Positions 1-9,831 of a stretch of 64,000 nt of DNA are shown in pieces; within the stretch, counting starts at the first letter, position 1; each line of letters starts with the position of its first letter. This stretch comes from an uncultured virus (IMG/VR IMGVR_UViG_3300020189_000007) (Duplodnaviria; Heunggongvirae; Uroviricota; Caudoviricetes). Position numbers and translations under genes: made by a program. Where the stretch lies: IMG/VR virus record IMGVR_UViG_3300020189_000007. One strand, written 5' to 3'. The notes below the pieces were generated by a model. It had not been told where the DNA came from and made no database searches. It was given only the letters and a program-made list of their open reading frames with translations.

Positions 1-1351
1 TGTCTTCATAAGCAACGCCCATGTTTTCTGTGGCTAGCGCATTCTCCATAGCAGAAACGGACAGACCCATCTGTTCAGCCATTAGCTTCTTTTCTGCTCT
101 TGACATGTCGTCGACGGATTTACCGGCAGCATGGAATGCTTCACGCATCTTGTCAATACGCTCAGCTGGGTTTTGCGCGTTCATCATTTCCATAGTGTCA
201 AGCTGGAGACCGAACGCTTGGTTCAGCTGTGCTACGGAGCCGGCGGCAGATTCAAAATCATCGAACTTATCAATAACTCCCTGTAGGTCTTTTGCTTCCA
301 TACCAAGCTTAGCCATGTAGGTAGCAGTAGCAGCAAGTTCTTTCTTGCTCATGTTACCGAAGTTTGCAACATCTTCAGTAAGAGCAGACATGTTTTTACC
401 GATCGTCTTGGCAGAAACGCCAAACTTGTTACCCATCTGGATAGCCATTGAACCCATCTCAACGAGCTCAGTCCCTACATCCTTACCGGTATTGTGGGCC
501 TTTCTTGCCATTTCAGCAAGGGCTTCATTGGTCATGCCAAGACCCTTGTTCATCATGACCATCTTGTCAGCCGCGCCGGCGATCTGATCTTTCAGCATTG
601 AGAATTGAGGGCCTGCGGCTTTTGCTATCTCACCAACCGCCTTTAGCATGGCAGCGGCACCACCTGAGCCATATCCAAAAACTTGGCTTACGCTTAGACC
701 AGATTGCGCTAAAGCCGATGACGAAGAGCGTAAGTTGTCAAACCCTTCCATAACGGCGGCGCCTTCGCCTTTCGACAAGTCGCCCATCTCGCCTTTAAGC
801 TCTTCCATGGCTTGGCGAAGCTCATTGACTCCGCCGGTTGTAGATGCAGCAGCTTTCGTGAACTCGCCCAAGACCTGAAACGGAATACCGACTATAGACT
901 TACCGACGTTGAATAGGCCACCAACAACGCTACCGATCCCGCCAGAGATCATACTGAACATCCCTGGCAGACGGCTGAATGTCTTCATCATTCCAGATGC
1001 AGCACCAACAGCTGCGGCTTTCATCGGTGTAAACTTACTTAGTATATTACCGAGAGTGTCCCCGAGACCGCCGGTAGACTTCTGGCCGTCTTGGCCCATC
1101 TTGTCTAGGGCACCACCAGCCTTTGAAGCTTCCTCAGCAGCAGAGCTAAGTGTTGAAGATAGACCAGCTATTCTGTCTTCTAGACCGTCGAGATCTTGAC
1201 ACTCCATCGCTTTGCACAGCTCTTTAGCAAGCTGCGCCTGGCCGCCTATCTGCTTAGATAGAGCGTCCATCTGCTTAGCACGGTCAGCCAGAACTTTGTT
1301 GATCTGCTGATTAATCTGTAGTTGAGTTTGTAATTCTTTTGAATCAGCCAT
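1..1351 (-). CDS. Tape measure protein, N-terminal part (runs off the left edge of the window)
   Basis: Not in the ORF track because there is no stop in the window. ATG at 1351 opens an uninterrupted frame to the edge (MADSKELQTQLQINQQINKVLADRAKQM...), Ala/Gly/Met-rich and helical, with a hydrophobic stretch (GMFSMISGGIGSVVGGLF). It lies downstream of tube and chaperone genes. Confidence 0.8.
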   Translation of the reverse strand, partial: MADSKELQTQLQINQQINKVLADRAKQMDALSKQIGGQAQLAKELCKAMECQDLDGLEDRIAGLSSTLSSAAEEASKAGGALDKMGQDGQKSTGGLGDTLGNILSKFTPMKAAAVGAASGMMKTFSRLPGMFSMISGGIGSVVGGLFNVGKSIVGIPFQVLGEFTKAAASTTGGVNELRQAMEELKGEMGDLSKGEGAAVMEGFDNLRSSSSALAQSGLSVSQVFGYGSGGAAAMLKAVGEIAKAAGPQFSMLKDQIAGAADKMVMMNKGLGMTNEALAEMARKAHNTGKDVGTELVEMGSMAIQMGNKFGVSAKTIGKNMSALTEDVANFGNMSKKELAATATYMAKLGMEAKDLQGVIDKFDDFESAAGSVAQLNQAFGLQLDTMEMMNAQNPAERIDKMREAFHAAGKSVDDMSRAEKKLMAEQMGLSVSAMENALATENMGVAYED

Positions 1352-1427
1352 GCTATGCTCTTACACTTCTCGTTAACGCTACCTTACCATTAAATATAAC
1401 GAACGAGAATCTGCGCCCTTTATTTGA

Positions 1428-1682
1428 TCATAGGGGCCAAACATAACCTGTCTTTTTACGTAGGGCCCTAGAGGCGGCCCTCTTCCTCTCTAGAAGTGGT
1501 ATGACATCCTTCATCTCACCAGACTGTAGGGCTACATAAAAGCGCCGGGACTCTGATAGAACTTTCGCAAAAAGGTTCACAGCATCTTTGTTACCCTTTA
1601 GCTTGATTTCTGATATCTCACCCTTGACGTAAAGAGCACAATCTCTGAGAAATGTATCGTTAACACTTTGCATATCATTCAC
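1428..1682 (-). CDS. Hypothetical protein (84 aa) between the chaperone pair and tape measure
   Basis: ORF on the coding strand, with a GAGG Shine-Dalgarno-like element and an ATAGTTA motif upstream. Confidence 0.7.
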   Translation of the reverse strand: MNDMQSVNDTFLRDCALYVKGEISEIKLKGNKDAVNLFAKVLSESRRFYVALQSGEMKDVIPLLERKRAASRALRKKTGYVWPL

Positions 1683-1694
1683 CTCATTCTATAA

Positions 1695-1898
1695 CTATGT
1701 AAATCTACGCAATTTTGACGGTACTTGTGACCTGTGACGACTCATTAGAGCGCGAGTCTCAGGATCATTCTGGTGAGCGGCTCGAGAACCAGCATCACCC
1801 GCTCGCTTAAGTTCTTTGTTCAGCCTCGTTATCATCCATATTCGAACCCAAATAGGAATGTTATAGGCTTCAACATACGTGAAGCCCATATAATACAT
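1695..1898 (-). CDS. T4 gp51-like / tail assembly chaperone T-like ORF, probably expressed as a frameshift extension of the upstream gene
   Basis: GFTYVEAYNIPIWVRIWMI resembles my recollection of gp51-like sequences. The frame stays open upstream to the T7 run at 1950-1956, and there is no clear SD before ATG 1898. Confidence 0.65.
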   Translation of the reverse strand: MYYMGFTYVEAYNIPIWVRIWMITRLNKELKRAGDAGSRAAHQNDPETRALMSRHRSQVPSKLRRFT

Positions 1899-1935
1899 AA
1901 GATTAAAGATCTGCTCTAGATAGACTTCTTTATTC

Positions 1936-2775
1936 TCACTCGTCAGGCCAAAAAAACGCGGCGCCTAAAGGCAGCCTCACCTCCGAATGTTCAAGGCATG
2001 AAGGACAATCCATCCAGGACTTCATCTCAATGCCAGGCTCGTTGTTGTCGATAAACTTCCGCAAGAATAACGAATCACGAGCTGGGAGGTTATTAACCAT
2101 CATATCGAGCTTTGTCTTATCATTAATACCGTTTGCTGAAACAATGGCGTACTTTAAACGTTGTGTAACAAGATTCTCTGCTCTTTGACCTTGTTTCTTA
2201 CGACGTTCGGAGATCGTCATAATCTCCTGCTCATCGTGACCTGTTAGAAGCTTGAACCTAATCTTAGCCTTAGTAACTGGTAGCGTAGTCTCGAAAACAT
2301 TTTGACCTTCAGCAATAGGATCTAGATCAAGAGTCTTAATAGGCAGCTCACCTAAATTGAAGGAATGTTTTGATCTCTCGCTGCACGCAGGGCAATCAAC
2401 TTCCACCTTATACTCTGCGCCGTAGCCCGTCACTCTAAGCGCAACCATCAAAGCGTTTCTGTCACCTGCCAAAAGTGTGTCAGGATCAACTCTTTTGTCG
2501 ATCATACATGACTTAATCAGATGGCTAATCACAGTACCTTTCTTAATCAGCGCCTTTGAGGTGAGAATATCCTCTTCTCTAGCAGTCATTGCTCTAATCT
2601 CAACCGTCTCTTTTCCGTGAAGCGGATGATCTTGGTCATAGCACTTACCGCCAGACGGGAGCGGAACGGTCTCAACGGGGACTTCAAACCCAAAATCGTC
2701 TCTCATGACGTTATGGGTAGGCATATGTTCCTTCATGGAACCAAAGATTTCGCTTCTTTCATTTTCGTTTGACAT
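1936..2775 (-). CDS. T4 gp26-like baseplate hub / tail assembly chaperone
   Basis: Motifs VPLPSGG, IRAMTAREEDIL, two CPxC pairs and a C-terminal FFWP. Located between tube and tape measure. Confidence 0.75.
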   Translation of the reverse strand: MSNENERSEIFGSMKEHMPTHNVMRDDFGFEVPVETVPLPSGGKCYDQDHPLHGKETVEIRAMTAREEDILTSKALIKKGTVISHLIKSCMIDKRVDPDTLLAGDRNALMVALRVTGYGAEYKVEVDCPACSERSKHSFNLGELPIKTLDLDPIAEGQNVFETTLPVTKAKIRFKLLTGHDEQEIMTISERRKKQGQRAENLVTQRLKYAIVSANGINDKTKLDMMVNNLPARDSLFLRKFIDNNEPGIEMKSWMDCPSCLEHSEVRLPLGAAFFWPDE

Positions 2776-2818
2776 TTAATGCTCCGGTTATTCGTATTCG
2801 TACATACTACGTATTAAC

Positions 2819-2847
2819 ATCTTAAAGAAGTACGAAGTGTGTGTAAA
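2819..2847 (-). promoter_or_regulatory. Sigma70-like promoter for the chaperone gene
   Basis: Minus strand TTTACA-17 nt-TAAGAT, just downstream of the tube terminator. Confidence 0.5.
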
Positions 2848-2859
2848 CGTTCACCTATA

Positions 2860-2914
2860 AAAATAAAACAAAAAAGCCCACCGTAAAGGAGGGCTTTTCG
2901 TAAGCCGAAGCTTA
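2860..2914 (-). terminator. C(UUCG)G hairpin plus intrinsic terminator after the tail tube gene
   Basis: Minus strand taagCTTCGGctta (2901-2914), then the stem aaaagccc...gggctttt (2872-2898) followed by a U-rich tract. Confidence 0.8.
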
Positions 2915-2940
2915 GCAAACAATCTGAGACTAGATGTTTA

Positions 2941-3429
2941 TTAGTACTGAAGGACGCAGTTATCGAAACGGATCGTAAGAGCGATTTCTGCAGGATCTTC
3001 TGAGCCGTAATCCAAGTCACCAAAACCGGCAGACGTTAGGAAACAACCCTTCATGTCCCAAAGCTCTACGACTGTCCCGACAGGGTCAAGAAGCTTAAGC
3101 TGACAATCTCTCTTGTAGAAATCCGCGTAACCACCACGTCCAGAAACAGATTCGTAATGAGTACGGACCCATTCCATAACTTGTTGCGCACCTGACGGAG
3201 CGATTGGATCGTGAAGGGTCACTGAAACTGCGTCAAACTTCGTCTTACCAGCGATATACCTTTGACCGTTCATATATGGAATTTCGATCTCGGCAGTGTT
3301 CATGGTAGGACGGGCAGCCGTCTTAATAAGAAATGCGTCAATACCCTCAATAGCGAACACCCACCGAAACTTTCTTTTCGGCTCAAACTTGTTCGGCAGC
3401 ATGTCGGTAACTGATAGTGTCTCTGGCAT
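2941..3429 (-). CDS. Tail tube protein (T4 gp19-like)
   Basis: 162 aa with FEPKRKFRW, YKRDCQLKLLDPVGTVVELWDMKGCF and a terminal IRFD. Directly downstream of the sheath genes. Confidence 0.9.
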   Translation of the reverse strand: MPETLSVTDMLPNKFEPKRKFRWVFAIEGIDAFLIKTAARPTMNTAEIEIPYMNGQRYIAGKTKFDAVSVTLHDPIAPSGAQQVMEWVRTHYESVSGRGGYADFYKRDCQLKLLDPVGTVVELWDMKGCFLTSAGFGDLDYGSEDPAEIALTIRFDNCVLQY

Positions 3430-3470
3430 CTTTGTTACTCCTTGTTATTACTAACTATATCGTTCTCAGA

Positions 3471-6400
3471 TTATATGTCCAAACCAGCGTTCGTTACAAC
3501 AAAGTCGAGTGAGATAAACTCGACAGAACGTACTGGCTGCAAGAAGATCTTACCTCTTACAGTGTTGTTTTCGATATCAGCTTGAGTAGTCGTTGTGGTA
3601 TCGATCTGAACCTTGAACCGCTCAAGGCCTTGTTGCTGTTGAATTCTAGTTAAGACCGGAGTAACCGCTGCTGAGAACCTTGCCAGCGTGGACTCCCTGT
3701 TTGGCTCGAACAAGAATGTATCGCCAATCTTTCTAACTTGCCGACGGATATCAATCAAGAGTCGTCGTACGTTAACTCTGTCTAGAGCACTTTGGGCGGC
3801 TAGAAGAGTCTTTTGTCCGAACACGACAACCTCTGGTGATTGTGGGAACGACGTAATCGGGTTGATGTCTACTTCGTAGAGAGTATCAAGATTTGTTCTG
3901 TTCAACTTGACCTGTGTCTCTACTACGTTCTTCAGAGCGCCGCGGGTGAAGCCGGCGGGGGCGTACCATGGGAAGGCAACTTGGTCATTTAGACCGAAAG
4001 CCCCAAGAACCGCTACACTTGGTGGAGCAGAAGAAGCAGCACCTGATGTTTGATCTGTCATTACAACATCGGGGAAGTATGCAGCCGCGAAGCTTGAATC
4101 TAGATTTCTTGCCGCGAAAGTTGCTGCAGTGTTTGTAACACTGACATCTTGATCGGACCCGGAGACGATATTACCAAGAACGTCTTCAACCTCGATATCC
4201 ATGATGTACATTGCATCAAATCTATTCTCGACGGTTGTGATCGCGTAATCAGTAACTCCGCTGTGACGAATGCCTGGAATCGCCAACAACTGGATGTCTA
4301 CGTCTGATCTCTCAGCCATAACATCTAGAGCCTTCCTGTAAGCCGCCACAGTAGGTCCAGCAATGAGACCTTGGTTCTCATATGTCATTTCTCTTCTGAC
4401 GGCTGGAGAGGTCATCTTGACCCTTTCTTCATTGAAGACGTCTAGACCGTCGAAGCCACCTTGAGCGATCATGGTGAACTTAAGGAACGGACGAGCAGTC
4501 GAGAGACCAAAGTCTTTCTCTACGCTAAGCAGTCGTGTAGATGACGACGAACTACCATCAATGTCATTCATTGTCGCCTCAGCGAGACCCTTCCTTCTGT
4601 AGGTAGCAGCGGCCCACTGTTGAGCATCGGCTTCGTCACTAGAATTGGTGATGACCTGAATTTTCTCAAGTGAGAACTTGTTGTTATTGAATCTATCACA
4701 ATCGTAGATTGTTCCATCATTATCAGCAACGCCAGGATTAGCTCCAACCATTGCTGCTTGGTTCACAACGTCCCAAGTCGGGAAGTACAATCCGTATGAA
4801 TCGATTGAGGCGTCCAGTGTGGTCGAAGAGTTGGGCTGTGCCACACTCTGCAGCTTCTCGTGCTGGATACCCCAGTATAGGGATGAGTTAACTCTCTTTC
4901 TTGGCGCAAGACCTTGAGCGACAGTTCTTCTCATCGGAACCGGGGGCTGGACCAGCTGCGCGGCGACTTCAGCATCATCAAGAACGCTTGTGACATCATA
5001 AGCAGTTGGATCTGCGAATATAGATGATCCAGACGTCACCAAGTGAGGTACTCCTCGGAAACCTACCGGTAAAGCAGTTGCAGGAAGTGTGCCACGCTCC
5101 ATGTCTACTGACGGAGATACTCTGACGTAATTCGAAGCATTCGGATAACTTCCTTCTACAACAAGCTTCTGGCCACCAGCACGCTTGTCAAAATCGTAGA
5201 AGATATTGTAGTCACCAATCACTCTAGCAATGTACCGTTCGTTATTAGGATCAAGGCTTAACTTAACAAACCGCTCCAAAACTTTCGGCTCAGCATCGGT
5301 ATCGTAGAAATCTCTAACGAGCAGATCGAACGTGCCGTACTTATTGTTTACGTTCGTTGACTTGACAATGTTCTCAACAGAGATCTTAACTCGGTGGTTA
5401 CCAATCGCTCCATCATCAAGACAGTGAACGGTAAATAAGTCTTTGTTTTGACCACCGAATTCCTGTGAAATTATAGTCGGGAACTTTGCAGTCCGGAACC
5501 TGTCTGTAAAGGCTTCAAAGTTCGGCTTCGTTGTAGTCCCTGTGTTTCTGCCTGCTGAACCGGTCAGGAGGAATGCAATCTCTTCGTTCTTTATTGTGAC
5601 ACCCTCTTTAACACCGTCGAAAGACGCACTGTAGGTCGAGACCATCCGCAATGAGCCTGAGCATACCGCAAACGCGGGAGGAACGTTGAATTGAGCATAC
5701 AGACAGTGACCTGCTAGCTCTGTCTTCGTAGGATCAGTGTTTAGAATGTTACCAAAGTAATTTGGAGCATCAACATCAAAAGACGCTGTAATGACAGTTG
5801 GATAGCTGTCAGTGTGAGTGTGACCATTCTGTAAAATCACGAACTCTTGGCGACCACCTCCGATGTTAACAGCACCAAGCGTTGAACCAGCATCTTGGGC
5901 CGCGCCGGTGCCGAACGCGAAATTTGCAGCGTAGTTGTTCGCAGTGGGTGCACCCAGCGGAAGGTTATTGGTGGTCTCGTATCTTGAAGAGCTCAACGCA
6001 AGGTTGACACCAGAGGGTGCCAGGAGAACACCTCTGAGAATCGGTTGTACAGCTTGAAGTCCAGCATCTGTGAACACATCGGAGCCATTTGATTGAGACA
6101 TAATGACACCCAGGAAGTGCGCCCTACCAAGAGCTCCGGGGTTTATTGTAGTCGATCCAGCATAACCGTTCTTTCCGATAGCACCGTTTGTTTGGATAGT
6201 TTGCGACCCAACAACGAACCCAGCGTTTGTTACTGCGCCGGTTGCGGTTCTCTTCTTTCCGTCACCAGCACCAAGGGTTCGAACGAAAGTTCCAGCATTT
6301 GCATAACTTAACCACTGTCTCATTGCCATCGGAGCGAAGAGCGTTGTCTCTACATCTCCGAACTCCGCGATGAAGTCGGCAAATGTTGCGACAGTGATCG

Positions 6401-6533
6401 GAACAAATGCTCTACCTTGCTTGGCGGTTCCGATTACACCAGCAGGAATTCCACTCGGTCCCGTTTGGGTTGGGCCAGAAAGATCAATCTCTCTAGTGGA
6501 CACTCCCGGACTTTTAAAGGTAAGTTCAGCCAT
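3471..6533 (-). CDS. Tail sheath protein, copy 2 (gp18-like, 1020 aa)
   Basis: N-terminal SPGVSTREID. C-terminal sheath motifs PWYAPAGFTRG, INPI, FGQKTL, ALDRVNVRRL, LFEPN. Confidence 0.92.
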   Translation of the reverse strand: MAELTFKSPGVSTREIDLSGPTQTGPSGIPAGVIGTAKQGRAFVPITVATFADFIAEFGDVETTLFAPMAMRQWLSYANAGTFVRTLGAGDGKKRTATGAVTNAGFVVGSQTIQTNGAIGKNGYAGSTTINPGALGRAHFLGVIMSQSNGSDVFTDAGLQAVQPILRGVLLAPSGVNLALSSSRYETTNNLPLGAPTANNYAANFAFGTGAAQDAGSTLGAVNIGGGRQEFVILQNGHTHTDSYPTVITASFDVDAPNYFGNILNTDPTKTELAGHCLYAQFNVPPAFAVCSGSLRMVSTYSASFDGVKEGVTIKNEEIAFLLTGSAGRNTGTTTKPNFEAFTDRFRTAKFPTIISQEFGGQNKDLFTVHCLDDGAIGNHRVKISVENIVKSTNVNNKYGTFDLLVRDFYDTDAEPKVLERFVKLSLDPNNERYIARVIGDYNIFYDFDKRAGGQKLVVEGSYPNASNYVRVSPSVDMERGTLPATALPVGFRGVPHLVTSGSSIFADPTAYDVTSVLDDAEVAAQLVQPPVPMRRTVAQGLAPRKRVNSSLYWGIQHEKLQSVAQPNSSTTLDASIDSYGLYFPTWDVVNQAAMVGANPGVADNDGTIYDCDRFNNNKFSLEKIQVITNSSDEADAQQWAAATYRRKGLAEATMNDIDGSSSSSTRLLSVEKDFGLSTARPFLKFTMIAQGGFDGLDVFNEERVKMTSPAVRREMTYENQGLIAGPTVAAYRKALDVMAERSDVDIQLLAIPGIRHSGVTDYAITTVENRFDAMYIMDIEVEDVLGNIVSGSDQDVSVTNTAATFAARNLDSSFAAAYFPDVVMTDQTSGAASSAPPSVAVLGAFGLNDQVAFPWYAPAGFTRGALKNVVETQVKLNRTNLDTLYEVDINPITSFPQSPEVVVFGQKTLLAAQSALDRVNVRRLLIDIRRQVRKIGDTFLFEPNRESTLARFSAAVTPVLTRIQQQQGLERFKVQIDTTTTTQADIENNTVRGKIFLQPVRSVEFISLDFVVTNAGLDI

Positions 6534-6567
6534 TTCTGATAATCTCCTGTTTCATTTCTTAACTATA

Positions 6568-9500
6568 CTACTGGAAGTCTACGCCACTGTTTGTAATGAC
6601 AAAATCTATAGCAATAAATTCGATAGCCCTTGTTGGCACCACAACAATGCGACCGTTCAGTCTGTTGTTCTCAACGTCTTCCTGAGTATTGTTGGTATCA
6701 TCCATCACGACTCTAAAAGACTCAATACCCTGCTGAGACTGTATGGTAGCCAGGAGCGGTGTAACAGAATTAACGAAACGAGCTCTGGTCGCAGGAGTGT
6801 TAGGCTCAAATAGAATCTTATCGGCAACGGATACAACTTGTCGCTTCAACTCTAGCATCATTCGACGGACGTTAACTCTATCAAGCGCGCTTTGAGCGAG
6901 CTGGCAAGTCTTTTGACCGAAGATTACGAAGCTACCATCAGCAAAGTTTGCAATCGGGTTGATCCTTGCGTCGTATAGCGTGTCTCTATCACCAGCCGTC
7001 AACCTAATGTCTGTGTTCTTGACTTGGTCAAGGCCACCTCTGTTGAAACCTGCCGGAGCGAACCACGGGTATGCGACTGAATCGTTGTAAGCCAAAGCTC
7101 CAATAGCAGCCACAGAAGCGGGAACTCTTACTCTGCTTCCAGTGGTCTTGTCGGTGATGTACACATCTGGGAAGTACGTCGCAGAGTAGTTATTATCAAA
7201 CACTCTGGACTCAAACTGCTCAGCTGTTTCTCTAACATCAGGCCACGCAATCGATGCAGACGCGATAGCTTCGCGGTCCTCAGTGAGGAATAGACGTGCT
7301 TGGGCTTCAGACCACGCAGGAATATCCATGAGGTATATAGCCATAGAGTAGTCCTTCGTTCTCTCTGCGGCCCAATCCGTGACATATGAGTCCCTGATTC
7401 CAGGAATTGCTAGGATGTTAATCCTTGTAGACATGGGATCAGTAATAATCGTCGCGGCTTCTCTGTAAGAAGCAATGCTGTTGTTCTTTCGTCCAGTACC
7501 GCCTGGGTTCGACCTCAGACCGATTGTACCAGCGCTGAAACCAGACGCGGCCTTTCCGATCTGACCATCAACGCTCGAGGTATCATCTGTCGATGCCGCT
7601 CTATCGTTCATGTATCTCATATCTTTGTCTAAGATATTAACACCGTCAAACCCACCGAATACTGGAATGTTGAAAGCAGTGTACGGTGTGAAGCGGTTAA
7701 ACTTCACTGATGAACTCTGGATTAGAGTCGCTAGAGTAATTCTGCCGTAATCAGAAAGATCCGGATCCATGATCGTGTAGTCTTTGGAGTCCGGTACACC
7801 GTTTCTGATGTACGCAGCTTCAAGCATATGTTCTGGAGCGGATCCGGTTAGGTTGTCTAGCAGCGTCGAGGCGGTAGAGCCAGTACCTGCAAGAACCACT
7901 CTAGCAAGAGTAAACTTGTTAGCGTTAAAGGCATCAGCGCCAGAGCCAGTAAGAATAGTGCCAATCTCTGCTAGCCCTTGGAACTTAGAGTACGCACGGA
8001 CTAGAGGGTTGAGAACGCTAGAAGCGTTAACGTTCTGATTCGCGTTTGCAATACTTCCGGTTTCTGGACAACGCTCGTACTTAACACCCCAGTTGAGACG
8101 CTTATCAACAAGCTCTTTCTCTCCAGGGAAACCTGAGAACCAGCCATCCTTTGCATCACCACGCGTTACCTTGTAACGAAGAGGTAGCGGAGGAACGATT
8201 GAACCGGTTAGTGCGTATCTAGTGGTTAACTTATCAGCACCCCACAACCTTTGAAGAGACGCTCCTGCCTGACCATAAGTTATACCGTCGAGCTCGAGAC
8301 CTGTATGGAGGCGATCTGTCATCGCGTCAGAAGTCTTGATTACCGGAACGCCGCGGAACCCGAAAGGACATGCGTCTCTTGGAAGGGTCTTGTTATAGAC
8401 TGCATCGTTAAGAACAACTCTCACGAAATTTGAGACGTTTGGATAACGACCGGTAACGATGATTCTCTTTTCAGCCGCGTTCGTGGCGTCGAAGTTGTAA
8501 CGTGCCTTGTAGTCACCGACTTTCTTACCGATAAAGTTATCTGAGTCTGGATCAAGGACACATCCTGGGAATGCCTCTAAGACTTGCTGATCAAGATCGG
8601 AATCATCAAAGCGACGTACTTGAACCTCGAAGCTTGGGTAAGGGTAGTTGTCGTTTGTCGACGCCTTAATATTAGCTATGGTGATCTTGACTTTGTCATT
8701 ACCCCACTCACCATCTGAAAGCGTCTCGAAGTGGAACAAATCGTGCTCTTTCTTTCCATAGGGCTGTGAAATAATCGCAGGTGATTTCGGTGTTCTAAAC
8801 CTTGTGTCGAATCGACCAAACGCATTCAAAGCTTTGGCAGCATTGCCAGTTAGAGCAGTTGTAACCACGTTGTTAGATCCTGACAGGACACTTACAGCTG
8901 GTGCTGCGTTAACATCTACAGAAGCCAACTCATCTTCAACCGCGAAGTCGAGATATAGCAAGTGCTTCTCTTCAGCGAACTTCAGAGGGTCAGTATTCAG
9001 AACATTGGTAATGTATGATTGATGTGTCGGATTCAACGAAGCAGTAACAATCTTAACACCCGCACCAGCCTGATCAAGGTATTCGTTAGTAAAAGCAGCA
9101 CCAGCCGAAGACGAAATTGCCAGAGCAAAACAAAGGTTCGCAGCGTGGCTTGAATCGTTCTTTAGATCAGCGTTTTGATCGAGCTCATTGCCCCAAGTCT
9201 CTCCGATGTCGAGAACCTGTAAGCGTGAGCCTGATGCCGTTAAAACAACAGCACGAACAAGGTCAACCTTGTCGCCAGTGTTCCCTGGATCAAATGAAGG
9301 GTTGTCTGTAAACTGCGGGAACGAATAATCTGCTGACGCGGATACATCGTGACGCGCAACGATGAACTGGACTGAACTGTCCGATGCACTCATTGGTGAA
9401 TCAGAAATAATAGGTTCAATTTTAAACCCGGCGTTTAAGACGGTCCCTGTGTTCTGTGTATTTGTTATATCAGCGGCGGTCTCATTCGCGCCAGCACCCA

Positions 9501-9756
9501 GTACTCTAACGTATGTCAAAGCAGTTCTGTTCGAAAGAAATGCATCTACAGCGTACGGTCCAAATCTTTCTGGATCTACTGTTCCAAACTTGTTAACAAA
9601 ATCTGCTGTGCTTCCTACTGTAACAGGAACGAAAGCGGGACCCTTCTCGGCGGTACCTACTACTCCTGCGGGAACACCCACAATTTCTGTCTGTCTTTGA
9701 GATGCATCAATCTCTCTCTCGAAAAAACCGGGTGATCTAAATGTTTGTTCGGCCAT
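6568..9756 (-). CDS. Tail sheath protein, copy 1 (gp18-like, 1062 aa)
   Basis: SPGFFEREID, PWFAPAGFNRG, INPI, FGQKT, ALDRVNVRRM, LFEPN. Confidence 0.92.
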   Translation of the reverse strand: MAEQTFRSPGFFEREIDASQRQTEIVGVPAGVVGTAEKGPAFVPVTVGSTADFVNKFGTVDPERFGPYAVDAFLSNRTALTYVRVLGAGANETAADITNTQNTGTVLNAGFKIEPIISDSPMSASDSSVQFIVARHDVSASADYSFPQFTDNPSFDPGNTGDKVDLVRAVVLTASGSRLQVLDIGETWGNELDQNADLKNDSSHAANLCFALAISSSAGAAFTNEYLDQAGAGVKIVTASLNPTHQSYITNVLNTDPLKFAEEKHLLYLDFAVEDELASVDVNAAPAVSVLSGSNNVVTTALTGNAAKALNAFGRFDTRFRTPKSPAIISQPYGKKEHDLFHFETLSDGEWGNDKVKITIANIKASTNDNYPYPSFEVQVRRFDDSDLDQQVLEAFPGCVLDPDSDNFIGKKVGDYKARYNFDATNAAEKRIIVTGRYPNVSNFVRVVLNDAVYNKTLPRDACPFGFRGVPVIKTSDAMTDRLHTGLELDGITYGQAGASLQRLWGADKLTTRYALTGSIVPPLPLRYKVTRGDAKDGWFSGFPGEKELVDKRLNWGVKYERCPETGSIANANQNVNASSVLNPLVRAYSKFQGLAEIGTILTGSGADAFNANKFTLARVVLAGTGSTASTLLDNLTGSAPEHMLEAAYIRNGVPDSKDYTIMDPDLSDYGRITLATLIQSSSVKFNRFTPYTAFNIPVFGGFDGVNILDKDMRYMNDRAASTDDTSSVDGQIGKAASGFSAGTIGLRSNPGGTGRKNNSIASYREAATIITDPMSTRINILAIPGIRDSYVTDWAAERTKDYSMAIYLMDIPAWSEAQARLFLTEDREAIASASIAWPDVRETAEQFESRVFDNNYSATYFPDVYITDKTTGSRVRVPASVAAIGALAYNDSVAYPWFAPAGFNRGGLDQVKNTDIRLTAGDRDTLYDARINPIANFADGSFVIFGQKTCQLAQSALDRVNVRRMMLELKRQVVSVADKILFEPNTPATRARFVNSVTPLLATIQSQQGIESFRVVMDDTNNTQEDVENNRLNGRIVVVPTRAIEFIAIDFVITNSGVDFQ

Positions 9757-9831
9757 TAGTCAGGTCTCCTGGATCTTAAGCTATCACAAATAACTATTCT
9801 GTGAGATAGCGAAATGTCTTTTATTACGAAA

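Noticed and set aside
1944..1960. Canonical -1 frameshift at the chaperone gene end
   Set aside because: The -1 frame reads TTG GCC TGA and stops after two codons. Only +1/-2 reaches the downstream ORF.
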